Shown: positions 8,506 to 18,823, numbered from the stretch's first letter. The stretch is DNA of 22,334 nucleotides from Candidatus Fermentibacteraceae bacterium (GCA_041686025.1 JAWLEP010000010.1:41396-63729), one strand, 5' to 3'. A program made the numbers and translations. Notes: generated by a model from the sequence alone, not told the origin.

Positions 8506-9257
8506 GGGCCGTTTGGACCTTCGCCCTGATGACCATGCGCAGCCTCCTGCGCCGCCGGACGATCTGGGGAATAGTCCTGGTCATCATCCTGGCGCTGCTG
8601 GGAATCGGCCAGGTGCCGTCCTTCGACGTGTCCGGCCAGAGCCGCTTCATCGTAGAGTTCGGCCTCTTCGGACTGGAGATGGGGGCGCTGCTGCTGGCCA
8701 TCGGCCTGGCCTCCAACATATACCCCCGCGACCGGGAGAACAGGACCATACAGCCCCTTCTGGCGGTCCCCCTTTCCCGCGTGCGCTACCTGCTCGGCCG
8801 GTTCCTGGGGGCCGCCATCGTCTCCGGAGCGGCAATGCTGGTGGGCTGCCTCGGCCTTATGCTGGTGCTGACCCTCAACGGCTTCGAGATTCCCACCTCT
8901 CTGCTTCCCGCCACCCTGCTTCTTCTGGTGGAGGGCTGGTTCCTCCTGGCGGTGGTTTTCTTCTTCAGCTTCTGGACCTCCCCGCCCCTGAACGCCCCCC
9001 TGACCGTGATGATATTCATCGTCTCGCAGATGAGCGTCCGGGAGTTCGTGGGACTGCTGCCGGGGGCATCGGGTCTGATGCGTACCCTGAGGCTCCTGCT
9101 GCCTCACATGGACGTCTTCCACATCAAGGACCCCATTGCCCACGGGATCGACGTTCCCCTGGTCTACTTCCTCCTGGCGGCGCTGTACGGAATCGCCTAC
9201 TCCGTCTTCATGCTCTCCGTGGCCCTGGCCGTGTTCAGGGAGCGTGACCTGCGATGA
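8502..9257 (+). CDS. ABC-2 type transporter permease (251 aa)
   Basis: ATGA overlap with the ATPase gene. About six TM helices and a DRENRTIQPLLAVPLSRVRYLLGRFLG loop typical of ABC-2 permeases. Confidence 0.9.
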
Positions 9258-9613
9258 GGAGACCTTTTGTTCTTCTTGCCGTAGCGCTGCTGGCAGCCGG
9301 CTGCGGCGGGAAGGCCGACTACGACATCGCCGAGGTGGCCCCGGACGAGCACCTCTCCGGCGAACACGGGAACCATCACCAGGGTCATGACCATGGAGGT
9401 GATGACGTCGAGAGGGACATCTCCGGCGCCGTGGAGAACAGGCATCACCACGAGCCGGGGGTGCGCAACCACGGCACGCAGTGGTTCTTCAACCAGCCCT
9501 GGGCGGCACCCTTCATATGGGACAAGATAGTCAGGGACTCCGTCATCCTTCTGGTCCTGGCGGCGGCCGTGCTCCTGTTCTCCCGGCTGACGGGGCGAAG
9601 ATGGCAGCGCTAG
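9254..9613 (+). CDS. His-rich lipoprotein with a C-terminal transmembrane helix
   Basis: ATGA overlap, lipobox LAAG-C, His clusters (EHGNHHQGHDHG, RHHHE), C-terminal hydrophobic helix and basic tail. Confidence 0.75.
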   Translation: MRRPFVLLAVALLAAGCGGKADYDIAEVAPDEHLSGEHGNHHQGHDHGGDDVERDISGAVENRHHHEPGVRNHGTQWFFNQPWAAPFIWDKIVRDSVILLVLAAAVLLFSRLTGRRWQR

Positions 9614-10296
9614 GAAAGGCCTCCAGGGTACTGTTTCCGCTGGCCGTGGCCGCTTTCGCCCTGTCGCTGGCCATCGTCTCCGGCCGGGAGGCCTCCCGGC
9701 ACATCGGCGGGGAATCCCCCTCCCTGGAGGTGCTCTCCTCGGGCCTGGACCAGATACGGGGCTTCATCGGGGACGTAATCTACCTCAAAATCGACGCCTA
9801 CCATCACATCTGGATGTACCAGGGACACGGCTGGGCAGAGGCCACAGACTACCTTCCGATGGTCTGGCTGGTCAGCAGGCTCAAGCCAGGATACACTCAG
9901 AACTACATCGACGGGGGCTATCACCTGGCGGTCAACCTGGGTCGCGTAGAGGAGGGCATAGACTTTCTTCGGAGGGGGATAAGGATGTGCCCCGACGACC
10001 CAGGCCTGGCCTGGGAATACGCAGTTGTACTCTGGAGGACGGAGTACGGCGACCCCGAGATGAGGAGGAGGGCGTTCCGTTCCTATCTGAGACTTGTCCG
10101 AAGAAGGCGGGGAGAGACGGATGCGCCGTGGAATGAGCCCAACGCCCTGATGATACTGGGGAATCTATACGAGAACGGGATTGACAAGAGAGCAGGCAGG
10201 AGGATATCCCGACTCTATCATACATTCGCAGACAATATGAGAGCCCTGCGCAGAGTCCGCAGAGGGCTGGACCGGCCTACGCCCCCGCAGAGGTGA
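9601..10296 (+). CDS. Membrane-anchored helical/TPR-like protein (reminiscent of PilG/XapA-type ABC accessory proteins)
   Basis: N-terminal TM, GFIGDVIYLKIDAY, L-K-P-x-Y...Y..GGY.L and EEGIDFLRRGIRMCPDD TPR-like helices. Last gene of the ABC operon. Confidence 0.65.
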   Translation: MAALGKASRVLFPLAVAAFALSLAIVSGREASRHIGGESPSLEVLSSGLDQIRGFIGDVIYLKIDAYHHIWMYQGHGWAEATDYLPMVWLVSRLKPGYTQNYIDGGYHLAVNLGRVEEGIDFLRRGIRMCPDDPGLAWEYAVVLWRTEYGDPEMRRRAFRSYLRLVRRRRGETDAPWNEPNALMILGNLYENGIDKRAGRRISRLYHTFADNMRALRRVRRGLDRPTPPQR

Positions 10297-11098
10297 ACAC
10301 CAGCATGTTGGGCCCGGACAGCTCGTCCCAGCTCTCGTAGCCCCTCTCGAACAGCCTGCCCAGAGCATCCCTCGATTTCTCGGGTACGATGATGCTGTGC
10401 TCGGAAAGCCCCCGTTCTGCCGCATGGGACGAGACACCGTCCCGCAGCTCATCCATGTGTTTCAGCCCCGCGCCCAGGGGGATGTAGCAGTTTCCCGACC
10501 GCTGGGCCAGGAAGACCGCCGGGCCGCACCGGAGGGCCTCCACCCGCTGCAGCAGCCACTCCCTGCCCTCGGGGGTGTTGCGGACGAAGGTCCACCCCGC
10601 CGAGAGGTGGCCGCCCATGGCGGCAAGCTCCTCCTCCACCTCATCCGCCGGCTCCACCGGCGCGGCGGAGTCGGGAATGCCGGGCCGGGTGACGATGTAG
10701 AAGCCCTCCACGATGTGGAAGCCCATGTCGGTGGCGATGGCTATGCTCTCGGAGTTGTGGACGTAGGTGGCGAACTCCATCGCCGTGGCCTCCCCGGCCT
10801 CGATGGCGGACCATCCGACCTCTGCGGCGAACTCCACCAGGCGCCGGCCGTAGCCCCGGGAGCGGAAGTCGGGATGGACCCTCAGGCCCTCCAGCCAGAT
10901 CACGCCGGAGGGCATCCGGGTCACCTTCACCGCGCCGATCACCTCCCCCTCTACCTCCCCCACGAAGAGCCCGCCCTCGGATATCCAGCGGGCCGCAACC
11001 GTCTCCAGGTAGTCCGACCCCTCCCATGTGCTCCTGGAGATCTCAGCCAGCCTGGGGAGGTCGCTGTAGTCCGCGAGCCTGGTGCGAAGCTCGGTCAC
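10277..11098 (-). CDS. GNAT family N-acetyltransferase (273 aa)
   Basis: GTG start overlaps the GGDEF gene stop (GTGA). Acetyl-CoA motif LEGLRVHPDFRSRGYG and N..S....GF. Confidence 0.85.
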   Translation of the reverse strand: MTELRTRLADYSDLPRLAEISRSTWEGSDYLETVAARWISEGGLFVGEVEGEVIGAVKVTRMPSGVIWLEGLRVHPDFRSRGYGRRLVEFAAEVGWSAIEAGEATAMEFATYVHNSESIAIATDMGFHIVEGFYIVTRPGIPDSAAPVEPADEVEEELAAMGGHLSAGWTFVRNTPEGREWLLQRVEALRCGPAVFLAQRSGNCYIPLGAGLKHMDELRDGVSSHAAERGLSEHSIIVPEKSRDALGRLFERGYESWDELSGPNMLVFTSAGA

Positions 11099-12408
11099 CG
11101 TTGCCCCCTTTCCTTCCTCTTGGCACGTTTCTCCACGTACATTCTGTCGTCGGCCATGGTGAGCAGTTCTCCCAGCACCGCTTCCGCCCCGTCCACCCGG
11201 ACGAACCCGGAGCTGAGGGCCAGATGGAATCCCAGCTCCCCGGAGGCGTTGAGCTCCGAGAGAGAACGGGACAGACGGCTTCTCAGAACCTCTCCCTCTC
11301 CGGGCTGCGAGTCTCCGAACAGGACCGCGAACTCGTCTCCCCCCAGCCTGGCCGTCACGTCGGACTCCCGGAAGCAGCCACGAAGCAGGCGGCCGGTCTC
11401 GACGATGGCCCGGTCTCCCGATGCGTGACCCTGGGAGTCGTTTATCTCCTTGAGGCCGTCGAGGTCTGCGAAGAGGACCCCCACATGCGAGGATCGTCTC
11501 CTTGCCTCCCTTATCACCTGCTTGCCCACGGCGAAGAACCCCCGCCTGTTGTAGAGGCCCGTCATGCTGTCGTGGAGCGACATCTCCCGAAGCCGTCCCT
11601 CCAGCTCCTTCCTCCTGGCTATGTTCACGAAGGAGAAAACGCCGCAGAGGGGGCTGCCATCCGGCTGGCAGGCGAGCACTCCGGAGGCCATGGCCGGGAA
11701 CGCATCCCCGTCGGCCCTCGCGCAGACCACCTCCCCCCTCCACTCCCCCAGCTCCACGATCGCCTGGGAGATGGAGTTGAAGGCGCCCTCCTGCAGGAGC
11801 TGCCTCATGTGGGCGCCCTCCATGTCGCCTAAGGAGGTGCGCCACGCCCGGAGGGCGGAACGGTTGGCGTAGGAGACCCGCCAGTCGCCGTCGGTGATTA
11901 CCAGGGGGGCCAGGGAGGCCTCCAGGGCGCTGTTGCGGGTCTTCAGCTCCCTCTCCCTCATCCTGCGCTGCGTGCTGTCCCGCAGGGTGACCAGAAGGGC
12001 GCTGCCGCCTTCGCCCGACACCAGGCTCAGGGTCATGTCCATGGGAAGGCGGCCCCCGGCGGAGGTGAGAACGGGGGTGTCCACGAATACCCCGTCGGCC
12101 AGTCCGTAGGCCACCTCCCCTCCCCCGGGAGACTCGTCCCTGTCGGGGAGTATCTCGTGGATCCTCCTGCCCGCCAGCTCCGCCGGATCGTATCCCAGCT
12201 TCGTCAGGGCTGCGTCACTGGCCTTCTCGATGACTCCGTTCGACGGGTTCACCAGGAGCAGGACGTCGATGGAGTTCCTGAAGACCAGCTCCAGCTTCGC
12301 CACCTTCTCCAGCAGCGCCTCGCGGTGCTTCCTCGACATGGCCAGCTGACCGAAGGCCTCCCTCAGCCGCCTGACGTTGGACCTGACCACTCCCTGATCT
12401 TCGGACAT
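11095..12408 (-). CDS. PAS-PAS-GGDEF diguanylate cyclase (437 aa)
   Basis: AAGGAG RBS before ATG 12408. Two PAS-like segments, HDSMTGLYNRR, DLDGLKEINDSQGHASGD, an RESD I-site and an intact GGDEF. Confidence 0.93.
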   Translation of the reverse strand: MSEDQGVVRSNVRRLREAFGQLAMSRKHREALLEKVAKLELVFRNSIDVLLLVNPSNGVIEKASDAALTKLGYDPAELAGRRIHEILPDRDESPGGGEVAYGLADGVFVDTPVLTSAGGRLPMDMTLSLVSGEGGSALLVTLRDSTQRRMRERELKTRNSALEASLAPLVITDGDWRVSYANRSALRAWRTSLGDMEGAHMRQLLQEGAFNSISQAIVELGEWRGEVVCARADGDAFPAMASGVLACQPDGSPLCGVFSFVNIARRKELEGRLREMSLHDSMTGLYNRRGFFAVGKQVIREARRRSSHVGVLFADLDGLKEINDSQGHASGDRAIVETGRLLRGCFRESDVTARLGGDEFAVLFGDSQPGEGEVLRSRLSRSLSELNASGELGFHLALSSGFVRVDGAEAVLGELLTMADDRMYVEKRAKRKERGQR

Positions 12409-12525
12409 GCTCCTTCTCTTCCCGTGTTCGGCTCGTTGCCATCCGCCTATATCTCTACCATCTTTGTCCCGGGTCAAGTCCCGCCGGCTGGCCCTGCCGG
12501 CCACTTCCGGCGGAGAGGATGAAAG

Positions 12526-13050
12526 GTGGATATGGAACGCAGGAAGAGGGTATTCGACTTTCTCGACCGCAAGAGCGAAGCGTACATTCTCAAGGCCTGC
12601 AAGCCGGTGGAGACAAGGGCGGGAAGCCTGCTGGTCAGAGCCGGAGACCGCTCCTCCGACCTCTACATAATCACCGGCGGTGAGTACATGGTCTTCGACG
12701 ACAGCAAGGGCGAGGAGTTCGTCCTGGCCATACTCAAGCGGGGAGACATCTTCGGCGAGATGTCCTTCCTGGACGGTGAGCCCCGGTCGGCGTCCGTCAA
12801 GGCGGTCACCGCTTCCCAGGCCCTGCGCATGGACCGGGACAGCCTGAACGGGCTTCGGGAGGAGGCGCCGGAGGCCGCGTGGAAGCTGGTGATGGGGCTG
12901 GCCAGCGTGGTCACCACCAGGCTGCGTCGGGCCGACGACGCCCTGACCATGACCACCAGCGAGGACCCCGAAGAGGTGGACCGCGACGAGCTGGACCGCC
13001 TGATAGCCGAGATGCACCTGGCCGTCCACCTGGAGCTGGACCGGGACTAA
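12526..13050 (+). CDS. Cyclic-nucleotide-binding domain protein without HTH (alternative start ATG 12532)
   Basis: LYIITGG, GDIFGEMSFLDGEPRSASV phosphate-binding cassette, C-helix and short acidic tail. Confidence 0.88.
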   Translation: MDMERRKRVFDFLDRKSEAYILKACKPVETRAGSLLVRAGDRSSDLYIITGGEYMVFDDSKGEEFVLAILKRGDIFGEMSFLDGEPRSASVKAVTASQALRMDRDSLNGLREEAPEAAWKLVMGLASVVTTRLRRADDALTMTTSEDPEEVDRDELDRLIAEMHLAVHLELDRD

Positions 13051-13051
13051 G

Positions 13052-13076
13052 AGCGGAGCCCGCCCGGGGCTCAGCT
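13052..13076. terminator. Hairpin between the convergent cNMP and tex genes
   Basis: GAGCCC-gcccg-GGGCTC stem (13056-13072) extended by AGC/GCT. No clear U tract. Confidence 0.4.
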
Positions 13077-15200
13077 TCCCTTTGCCCCCTGCAGAGAAAG
13101 CGAGATCCTGCCCCGCTCCAGGTCCACGGACAGTACCCGCACCGTGACCCTGTCCCCCACCTTGGCGTAGTCGGAGGGGTCCCGTACGTACTCGTCCGCC
13201 ATCTTGCTTATGTGGACCAGACCGTCGTTCTTCACCCCCACGTTCACGAATGCTCCGAAAGCGGTGACGTTGGTCACGATACCCGGCAGCGACATGCCCT
13301 CCCTGAGGTCTTCCATGGTGTGCACATCGGCGAACCTGAAGGGGCGGAAGCTCTCCCTGGGGTCCCTTCCGGGCTTCTCCAGCTCCTCCATGATGTCCCG
13401 CAGGGTGGGCAGGCCGGTGTCCCCGTCGACGAAGTCCGCAAGCCTCACCCGCCGACGCAGCTCCCGGCTCTCCATGAGGTCGCCCACCGAGCGGTCCAGG
13501 CTGGCGGCCATCCTCCGTACCGCTCCGTAGCTCTCCGGATGTACCGCGCTGGCGTCCAGGGGCTCGGGGCCGCCCGGAACGCGGAGGAAGCCGGCGCACT
13601 GCTGAAACGCCTTGGGTCCCAGTCCCCTGACTTCCAGAAGCTCCTGGCGGGTGCGGAAAGCTCCGTTCGTCTCGCGGCGCTGCACAACCCTGCGGGCCAG
13701 CTTCGGACCCAGGCCGGAGACGTAGGACAGCAGCTGGGGGCTGGCGGTGTTCAGGACCACCCCAACGGTGTTCACGCAACTCTCAACAACGTCGTCCAGG
13801 CGTCGTTTCAGAAGCCCCTGGTCCACGTCGTGCTGGTACTGTCCGACCCCTATGGACTTGGGGTCCAGCTTCACCAGCTCGGCCAGCGGGTCCTGCAGCC
13901 TCCTGCCTATGGACACCGCCCCCCTCACCGTCACGTCCTGGTCCGGCAGCTCCTCCCTGGCCACTTCGGAGGCGGAGTAGACGGAGGCGCCGCTCTCGCT
14001 CACCGTGGCCACGGCGGCTCCGCACAGGTCCATGGAGGCCAGGAAGGACTCGGTCTCCCTTCCCGCGGTTCCGTCCCCCACCGCTATGACCTCGGGGGAG
14101 TGGGCCTTCAGCAGGCGGGCCAGGGCCTCCGTCGCCGCCCTCCGGCCCCCCTCGCCCTGGAACGGGTATATGGTCGCGGTCTCCAGAAGAGCGCCGGTTC
14201 CGTCCAGGCATACCACCTTGCAGCCGGTTCTGTAGCCCGGGTCCACGGCCATTACCGGCTTCCTGCCCAGGGGAGGGGCCAGAAGCAGGCTGCGCAGGTT
14301 GGAGGCGAACACCTCCACCGCCTTGCGGTCGGCCCGCTCCCTGGTCACCGACCTGATCTCGGTTTCCATGGAGGGGGCCAGAAGCCTCTTCCAGCAGTCG
14401 TCCAGGGCCATCTCCACCTGCTCCGCGTCCGGACCCCGGCCCTTCAGGAACTCGTCGCGGAGTATCGAGGCGGCGGCCTCCTCGGGGACCTCCACGGAGA
14501 GGTTGAGCACCAGCTCCCTCTCCCCCCTCCGCATGGCCAGGACCCTGTGAGACGGCGCCCCGGCCACCGCCTCGGTGTGATCGAAGTAGTCGCGGAAACG
14601 GGAGCCCTCCTTCTCCTTTCCGGCGATTACGGAGGCCCTGAACCTTCCCCCCTCCAGGTAGAGGCGTCTCATCCTCCGCCTGACTGCGGGGCTGTCGGAG
14701 GCCATCTCGGCCACTATGTCCCGCGCCCCCTGGAGGGCGTCCTCCGGGCCGTCCACGCCCTTTTCCGGGTCCACGTAGGACCCCGCCGAGGAGACTCCGC
14801 GGCCTCCCTCCTGGCGAAGAAGGGTCTCCGCAAGCGGCCCAAGGCCCCTGTTCCTGGCCCGGCTGGCCCTGGTCTTCCTCTTCGGCCGGAAGGGCCGGTA
14901 CAGGTCCTCCAGACGGGCCATGGTGTCGGCCCCGGCCAGCTGCTTCGAAAGCTCGGCGGTAAGCAGGTCCCGCTCCCGCAGCGACTCCAGTATGGACTCC
15001 CTCCTGGAGTCCAGCTCCCGCATCCGCCGGACGCCGTCACGTACCGCCGCGATCTCCACCTCGTCCAGGCCCCCGGTCCGCTCCTTGCGGTAGCGGGCAA
15101 TGAAGGGAACCGTGGCGCCGTCTTCCAGCAGCCGAAGCGTCGCCCTCACCTGGGCCTTGCCCCTGCCTATCTCCCCGGCTACCGCCGCTGCGTAGTCCAT
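13071..15200 (-). CDS. tex: Tex family RNA-binding transcription accessory protein (709 aa)
   Basis: GATVPFIARYRKERTGGLDE, LEDLYRPFRPKRKTRA, YqgF-like AVDPGYRTGCK, VSESGASVYSAS, IGVGQYQHD and a C-terminal S1 domain. Confidence 0.96.
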   Translation of the reverse strand: MDYAAAVAGEIGRGKAQVRATLRLLEDGATVPFIARYRKERTGGLDEVEIAAVRDGVRRMRELDSRRESILESLRERDLLTAELSKQLAGADTMARLEDLYRPFRPKRKTRASRARNRGLGPLAETLLRQEGGRGVSSAGSYVDPEKGVDGPEDALQGARDIVAEMASDSPAVRRRMRRLYLEGGRFRASVIAGKEKEGSRFRDYFDHTEAVAGAPSHRVLAMRRGERELVLNLSVEVPEEAAASILRDEFLKGRGPDAEQVEMALDDCWKRLLAPSMETEIRSVTRERADRKAVEVFASNLRSLLLAPPLGRKPVMAVDPGYRTGCKVVCLDGTGALLETATIYPFQGEGGRRAATEALARLLKAHSPEVIAVGDGTAGRETESFLASMDLCGAAVATVSESGASVYSASEVAREELPDQDVTVRGAVSIGRRLQDPLAELVKLDPKSIGVGQYQHDVDQGLLKRRLDDVVESCVNTVGVVLNTASPQLLSYVSGLGPKLARRVVQRRETNGAFRTRQELLEVRGLGPKAFQQCAGFLRVPGGPEPLDASAVHPESYGAVRRMAASLDRSVGDLMESRELRRRVRLADFVDGDTGLPTLRDIMEELEKPGRDPRESFRPFRFADVHTMEDLREGMSLPGIVTNVTAFGAFVNVGVKNDGLVHISKMADEYVRDPSDYAKVGDRVTVRVLSVDLERGRISLSLQGAKGS

Positions 15201-15295
15201 CCTGCTTCCTTTGCCATCATGAGTACCCGCCCGAAGTCGAAGGGCGAAGATAAGCACCGGCGACCGCCCTATCCAGGCCCCGGAAGTGCCGGAGC

Positions 15296-15324
15296 TTGAG
15301 TTGCGGGGGGCCATGTAGTAGAAT
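15296..15324 (+). promoter_or_regulatory. Sigma70-type promoter for fusA
   Basis: TTGAGT, 17-nt spacer, TAGAAT. Confidence 0.55.
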
Positions 15325-15356
15325 ACCCATGCCGGCCAGATAGATACGCAACTACG

Positions 15357-15392
15357 AAACAGCCGCTTCGGCGCCACCGGGGCGGTGTTTTT
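15357..15392 (+). terminator. Terminator-like hairpin in the fusA 5' leader (possible attenuator)
   Basis: AAACA-g-CCGCTTCGG / cgcca loop / CCGGGGCGG-TGTTT, with the T run continuing to 15392. Confidence 0.45.
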
Positions 15393-15429
15393 CCATCCGC
15401 CCCCACCGGGGCAACGGGAGGCGAGCAGC

Positions 15430-17514
15430 ATGAAGCGGGACTTTCCGCTGGAGAAGGTGCGCAACATCGGCATCATGGCCCACATAGACGCGGGCAAGAC
15501 CACCACCACCGAGAGGATCCTCTACTACACGGGCAAGTCACACAGGATGGGCGAGGTGCACGACGGCCAGGCCACCATGGACTGGATGCAGCAGGAGCAG
15601 GAGCGCGGCATCACCATCACCAGCGCCGCCACCACAACCACCTGGCGGGACCACCAGATAAACATCATCGACACCCCCGGACACGTGGACTTCACCGTGG
15701 AGGTGGAGAGGAGCCTTCGGGTGCTGGACGGCGTCATCGCCCTGTTCTGCGCGGTGGGTGGGGTTGAGCCGCAGTCGGAGACCGTATGGCGGCAGGCCGA
15801 GAAGTACTCGGTTCCCCGGATCGCATTCGTCAACAAGATGGACCGGATGGGGGCGGACTTCTACGGCGTGGTCCGATCCATGCAGAAAACCCTGGGCAGC
15901 AACGCGGTGCCGGTAACCATACCCATCGGCAAGGAGGACTCCTTCCGGGGCATCATCGACCTGGTGGACAACGTGGCCGTCTACTACGAAGACAGCGACC
16001 GGGGCATGACCTGGCGCGAGGAGGCAGTTCCGGAGGAGATGGCCGACCAGGTGGAGAAGTGGCGGGAGAAGCTGTTCGAGAGGGTCAGCGAGGTGGACGA
16101 GAGGCTGTTCGCCAAGTACTGCGAGGGCATGGAGATATCCAACCGCGAGCTCAGCGCCGCCATTCGAAAGGCCTGCCACCGGCACCTCCTGCTGCCTGTT
16201 ATGTGCGGCAGCGCCTACAAGAACCGCGGCATACAGAGGCTGCTGGATGCGGTGGTAGCCTACCTGCCCAGTCCCCGGGACCTGCCTCCCATAAGCGGCC
16301 GCTGCCTGGAGGGGGGCCGCGAGGAGAGGGTGCCCAAGGACGAGGGAAGGCTCTCCGCCCTGGCGTTCAAGGTGGTATCCGACAGGCACATCGGCAAGCT
16401 GATCTACGTCCGGGTCTACTCGGGCCGCCTGGAGGCGGGAAGCTACGTGTACAACTCCACCCAGAAGAAGGTGCAGAGGGTGGGCCGCATTCTGCGCATG
16501 CACGCCAACAAGCAGGAGCCCGTGGAGACCCTGTTCACCGGGGAGATAGGCGCGGTGGTGGGTCTCAGCGACACCGTCACCGGAGACACCATCTGCTCCC
16601 GGGAGGACCCCATCGTGCTGGAGGCCATAGAGTTTCCTTCTCCAGTTCTCAGCGTGGCCGTGAAGACGCCCAACAAATCGGAGCGGGAGAAGCTGGGCCT
16701 GGCCCTGAACAGGCTCGCCGAGGAGGACCCCACATTCACCGTGGGGACCGACCCCGAGACCTCCGAGACCATCATCTCCGGAATGGGCGAGCTGCATCTG
16801 GAGATAATCCTGGACCGCCTGAAGCGCGAGTTCAGCGTGGAGGCCGAGACCTCCACCCCGCGGGTGGCCTACAGGGAGACCATAACCACCGGCGTGAAGG
16901 CCAACGAGAAGCTGGTGAAGCAGACCGGCGGAAAGGGCCAGTACGCGCACGTGGTCTTCGAGATGGAGCCGCTTTCCGCGGGAGGGGGCTTCGACTTCGA
17001 GAACCTGGTCACCGGGGGCAACATCCCCCGGGAGTACATACCGGCGGTGGAGCGGGGATTCATAGACGCCATGGAGAAGGGGGTCTACGCCGACTGCCCG
17101 GTGGTGGACATCCGCATAAGGCTGCTGGACGGCTCCAGCCACCAGGTTGACTCATCGGAGATGGCCTTCCGCTCCTGCGCGCGGCAGGCCTTCAGAAAGG
17201 CCTTCATGAAGGCCGGCCCGCAGCTGCTGGAGCCGGTGATGAGCGTGAACGTGGTCACGCCAGAGGAGTACGCCGGGAACGTCACCGGCAGCATCTACGA
17301 GAAGCGGGGGTCGGTAACCGGCATGGACAGCCAGGGGAACGCGAAGGTGATCAAGGCCATGGTGCCCCTGGCCAGCATGTTCGGCTACGCCTCCGAGCTG
17401 CGCAACATGACCCAGGGGCGCGCAGGGTTCACCATGCACTTCGAGCACTACGAGGCCGTGCCCTGGTCCGTGGCGGAGGAGATACTCCGCAGCAAGCGCG
17501 AGGACGACGCCTAG
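15430..17514 (+). CDS. fusA: Elongation factor G (stand-alone copy, 694 aa)
   Basis: [48 protein letters not shown] and [19 protein letters not shown]. Confidence 0.97.
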   Translation: MKRDFPLEKVRNIGIMAHIDAGKTTTTERILYYTGKSHRMGEVHDGQATMDWMQQEQERGITITSAATTTTWRDHQINIIDTPGHVDFTVEVERSLRVLDGVIALFCAVGGVEPQSETVWRQAEKYSVPRIAFVNKMDRMGADFYGVVRSMQKTLGSNAVPVTIPIGKEDSFRGIIDLVDNVAVYYEDSDRGMTWREEAVPEEMADQVEKWREKLFERVSEVDERLFAKYCEGMEISNRELSAAIRKACHRHLLLPVMCGSAYKNRGIQRLLDAVVAYLPSPRDLPPISGRCLEGGREERVPKDEGRLSALAFKVVSDRHIGKLIYVRVYSGRLEAGSYVYNSTQKKVQRVGRILRMHANKQEPVETLFTGEIGAVVGLSDTVTGDTICSREDPIVLEAIEFPSPVLSVAVKTPNKSEREKLGLALNRLAEEDPTFTVGTDPETSETIISGMGELHLEIILDRLKREFSVEAETSTPRVAYRETITTGVKANEKLVKQTGGKGQYAHVVFEMEPLSAGGGFDFENLVTGGNIPREYIPAVERGFIDAMEKGVYADCPVVDIRIRLLDGSSHQVDSSEMAFRSCARQAFRKAFMKAGPQLLEPVMSVNVVTPEEYAGNVTGSIYEKRGSVTGMDSQGNAKVIKAMVPLASMFGYASELRNMTQGRAGFTMHFEHYEAVPWSVAEEILRSKREDDA

Positions 17515-18110
17515 AGCCCCAGCCTCTCCATCTCCCGCCTGAGGGCCTCCAGGGCCCTTCGGCGGTGGCTTACGGCGTTCTTCTCCTCCGGAGCGCATTC
17601 GGCGAAGGTCCTGCCCAGCTCGGCGGAGAGGAAGACGGGATCGTACCCGAAGCCCTCTTCTCCCCTGGGCTCCCGGGCTATCTCCCCCCGGACCTCCCCA
17701 TGGACGCATACCTCGCCGCCATCCGGGATCACCAGCGCAGCCGCGGTAACGAATGCCGCCCTCCTCCGCCCGCCGGTCTCCCCCCGCAGGGCATCCAGCA
17801 GCTTCCGGACGTTGTCCGCGTAGCTGCAGTCGCCCCCTGCGTACCTGGCGCTGTATATGCCGGGAGCCCCCCCCAGGGCGCTTACCGACAGGCCGGTATC
17901 GTCCGCCAGCGCCGGCAGCCCGGTAGCGGCGGCGGCAGCCCGGGCCTTCAGCAGGGCGTTCTCCTCCAGCGTGCAGCCGGTCTCCTCCACGTCCCAGTCT
18001 CCGACCAGCTCACCGACGGGGACCGGCTCCAGGTGGAGGCCGTCCAGGATCCCGGCCATCTCCCGCAGCTTGTCCGGGTTGGCCGTGGCTATCACCAGCC
18101 TGCCGCTCAC
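17511..18110 (-). CDS. rdgB: Non-canonical purine NTP pyrophosphatase (XTP/dITP diphosphatase, Ham1 family)
   Basis: [33 protein letters not shown] and KNAVSHR. Confidence 0.95.
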   Translation of the reverse strand: MSGRLVIATANPDKLREMAGILDGLHLEPVPVGELVGDWDVEETGCTLEENALLKARAAAAATGLPALADDTGLSVSALGGAPGIYSARYAGGDCSYADNVRKLLDALRGETGGRRRAAFVTAAALVIPDGGEVCVHGEVRGEIAREPRGEEGFGYDPVFLSAELGRTFAECAPEEKNAVSHRRRALEALRREMERLGL

Positions 18111-18823
18111 TCCCCCACGGCCTCCCTCTGCACGGGGACCACCTCGTCCACAACGGCCGCTACCGCTTCCCGCATCATGTCGGCAGCGGTCTGGGGAGGA
18201 ACCGCGTCCTTCTCCGCAGAGGCCTGCACCTCAACGAGTCCGCCGTCCTCCATGGCCACCACGTTCATGTCCATGGTTGCCGAGGAGTCCTCCTCGTAGC
18301 AGAGGTCCATCAGGACCTCTCCGCCGCAGAGGCCCAGGCTCACCGCGCCCACGAACCCCAGGAACGGGTCGATCTCCAGCTTCTTCTCCAGCAGGAGCCG
18401 CTTCAGAGCCAGCCGCAGGGCCACCGCGCCGCCGGTTATGGATGCCACCCTGGTGCCCCCGTCGGCCACCAGGACGTCGCAGTCCACCGTAATGGTCCTC
18501 TGGCCGAGGCGTTCCAGGTTGACCGTCTGCCTGAGGCTGCGGCCGATGAGCCGCTGTATCTCCTGGCTCCGTCCCTTGATCCATCCCCCCCGGTCCCTGC
18601 GGACCCTCCGGTTGCCGCTTCCCGGAAGCATGTCGTACTCGGCGGTGACCCAGCCGCTGCCCTTTCCCAGCAGAAACCGCGGAACCCTGTCTTCCACCGA
18701 GGCCGAGCAGATCACTCTGGTGTCGCCCCAGCTGATAAGGGCGCTTCCGTCGGGCAGCGGCTGGTACCCGGTCTCTATCTCTATCTTTCTCAGCTCATCG
18801 GGCTCTCTGCCGTCTACGCGCAT
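18107..18823 (-). CDS. rph: Ribonuclease PH
   Basis: MRVDGREPDELR, GWVTAEYDMLPGS, GRSQEIQRLIGRSLR, ADGGTRVASITG and DLCYEEDS. Confidence 0.97.
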   Translation of the reverse strand: MRVDGREPDELRKIEIETGYQPLPDGSALISWGDTRVICSASVEDRVPRFLLGKGSGWVTAEYDMLPGSGNRRVRRDRGGWIKGRSQEIQRLIGRSLRQTVNLERLGQRTITVDCDVLVADGGTRVASITGGAVALRLALKRLLLEKKLEIDPFLGFVGAVSLGLCGGEVLMDLCYEEDSSATMDMNVVAMEDGGLVEVQASAEKDAVPPQTAADMMREAVAAVVDEVVPVQREAVGE

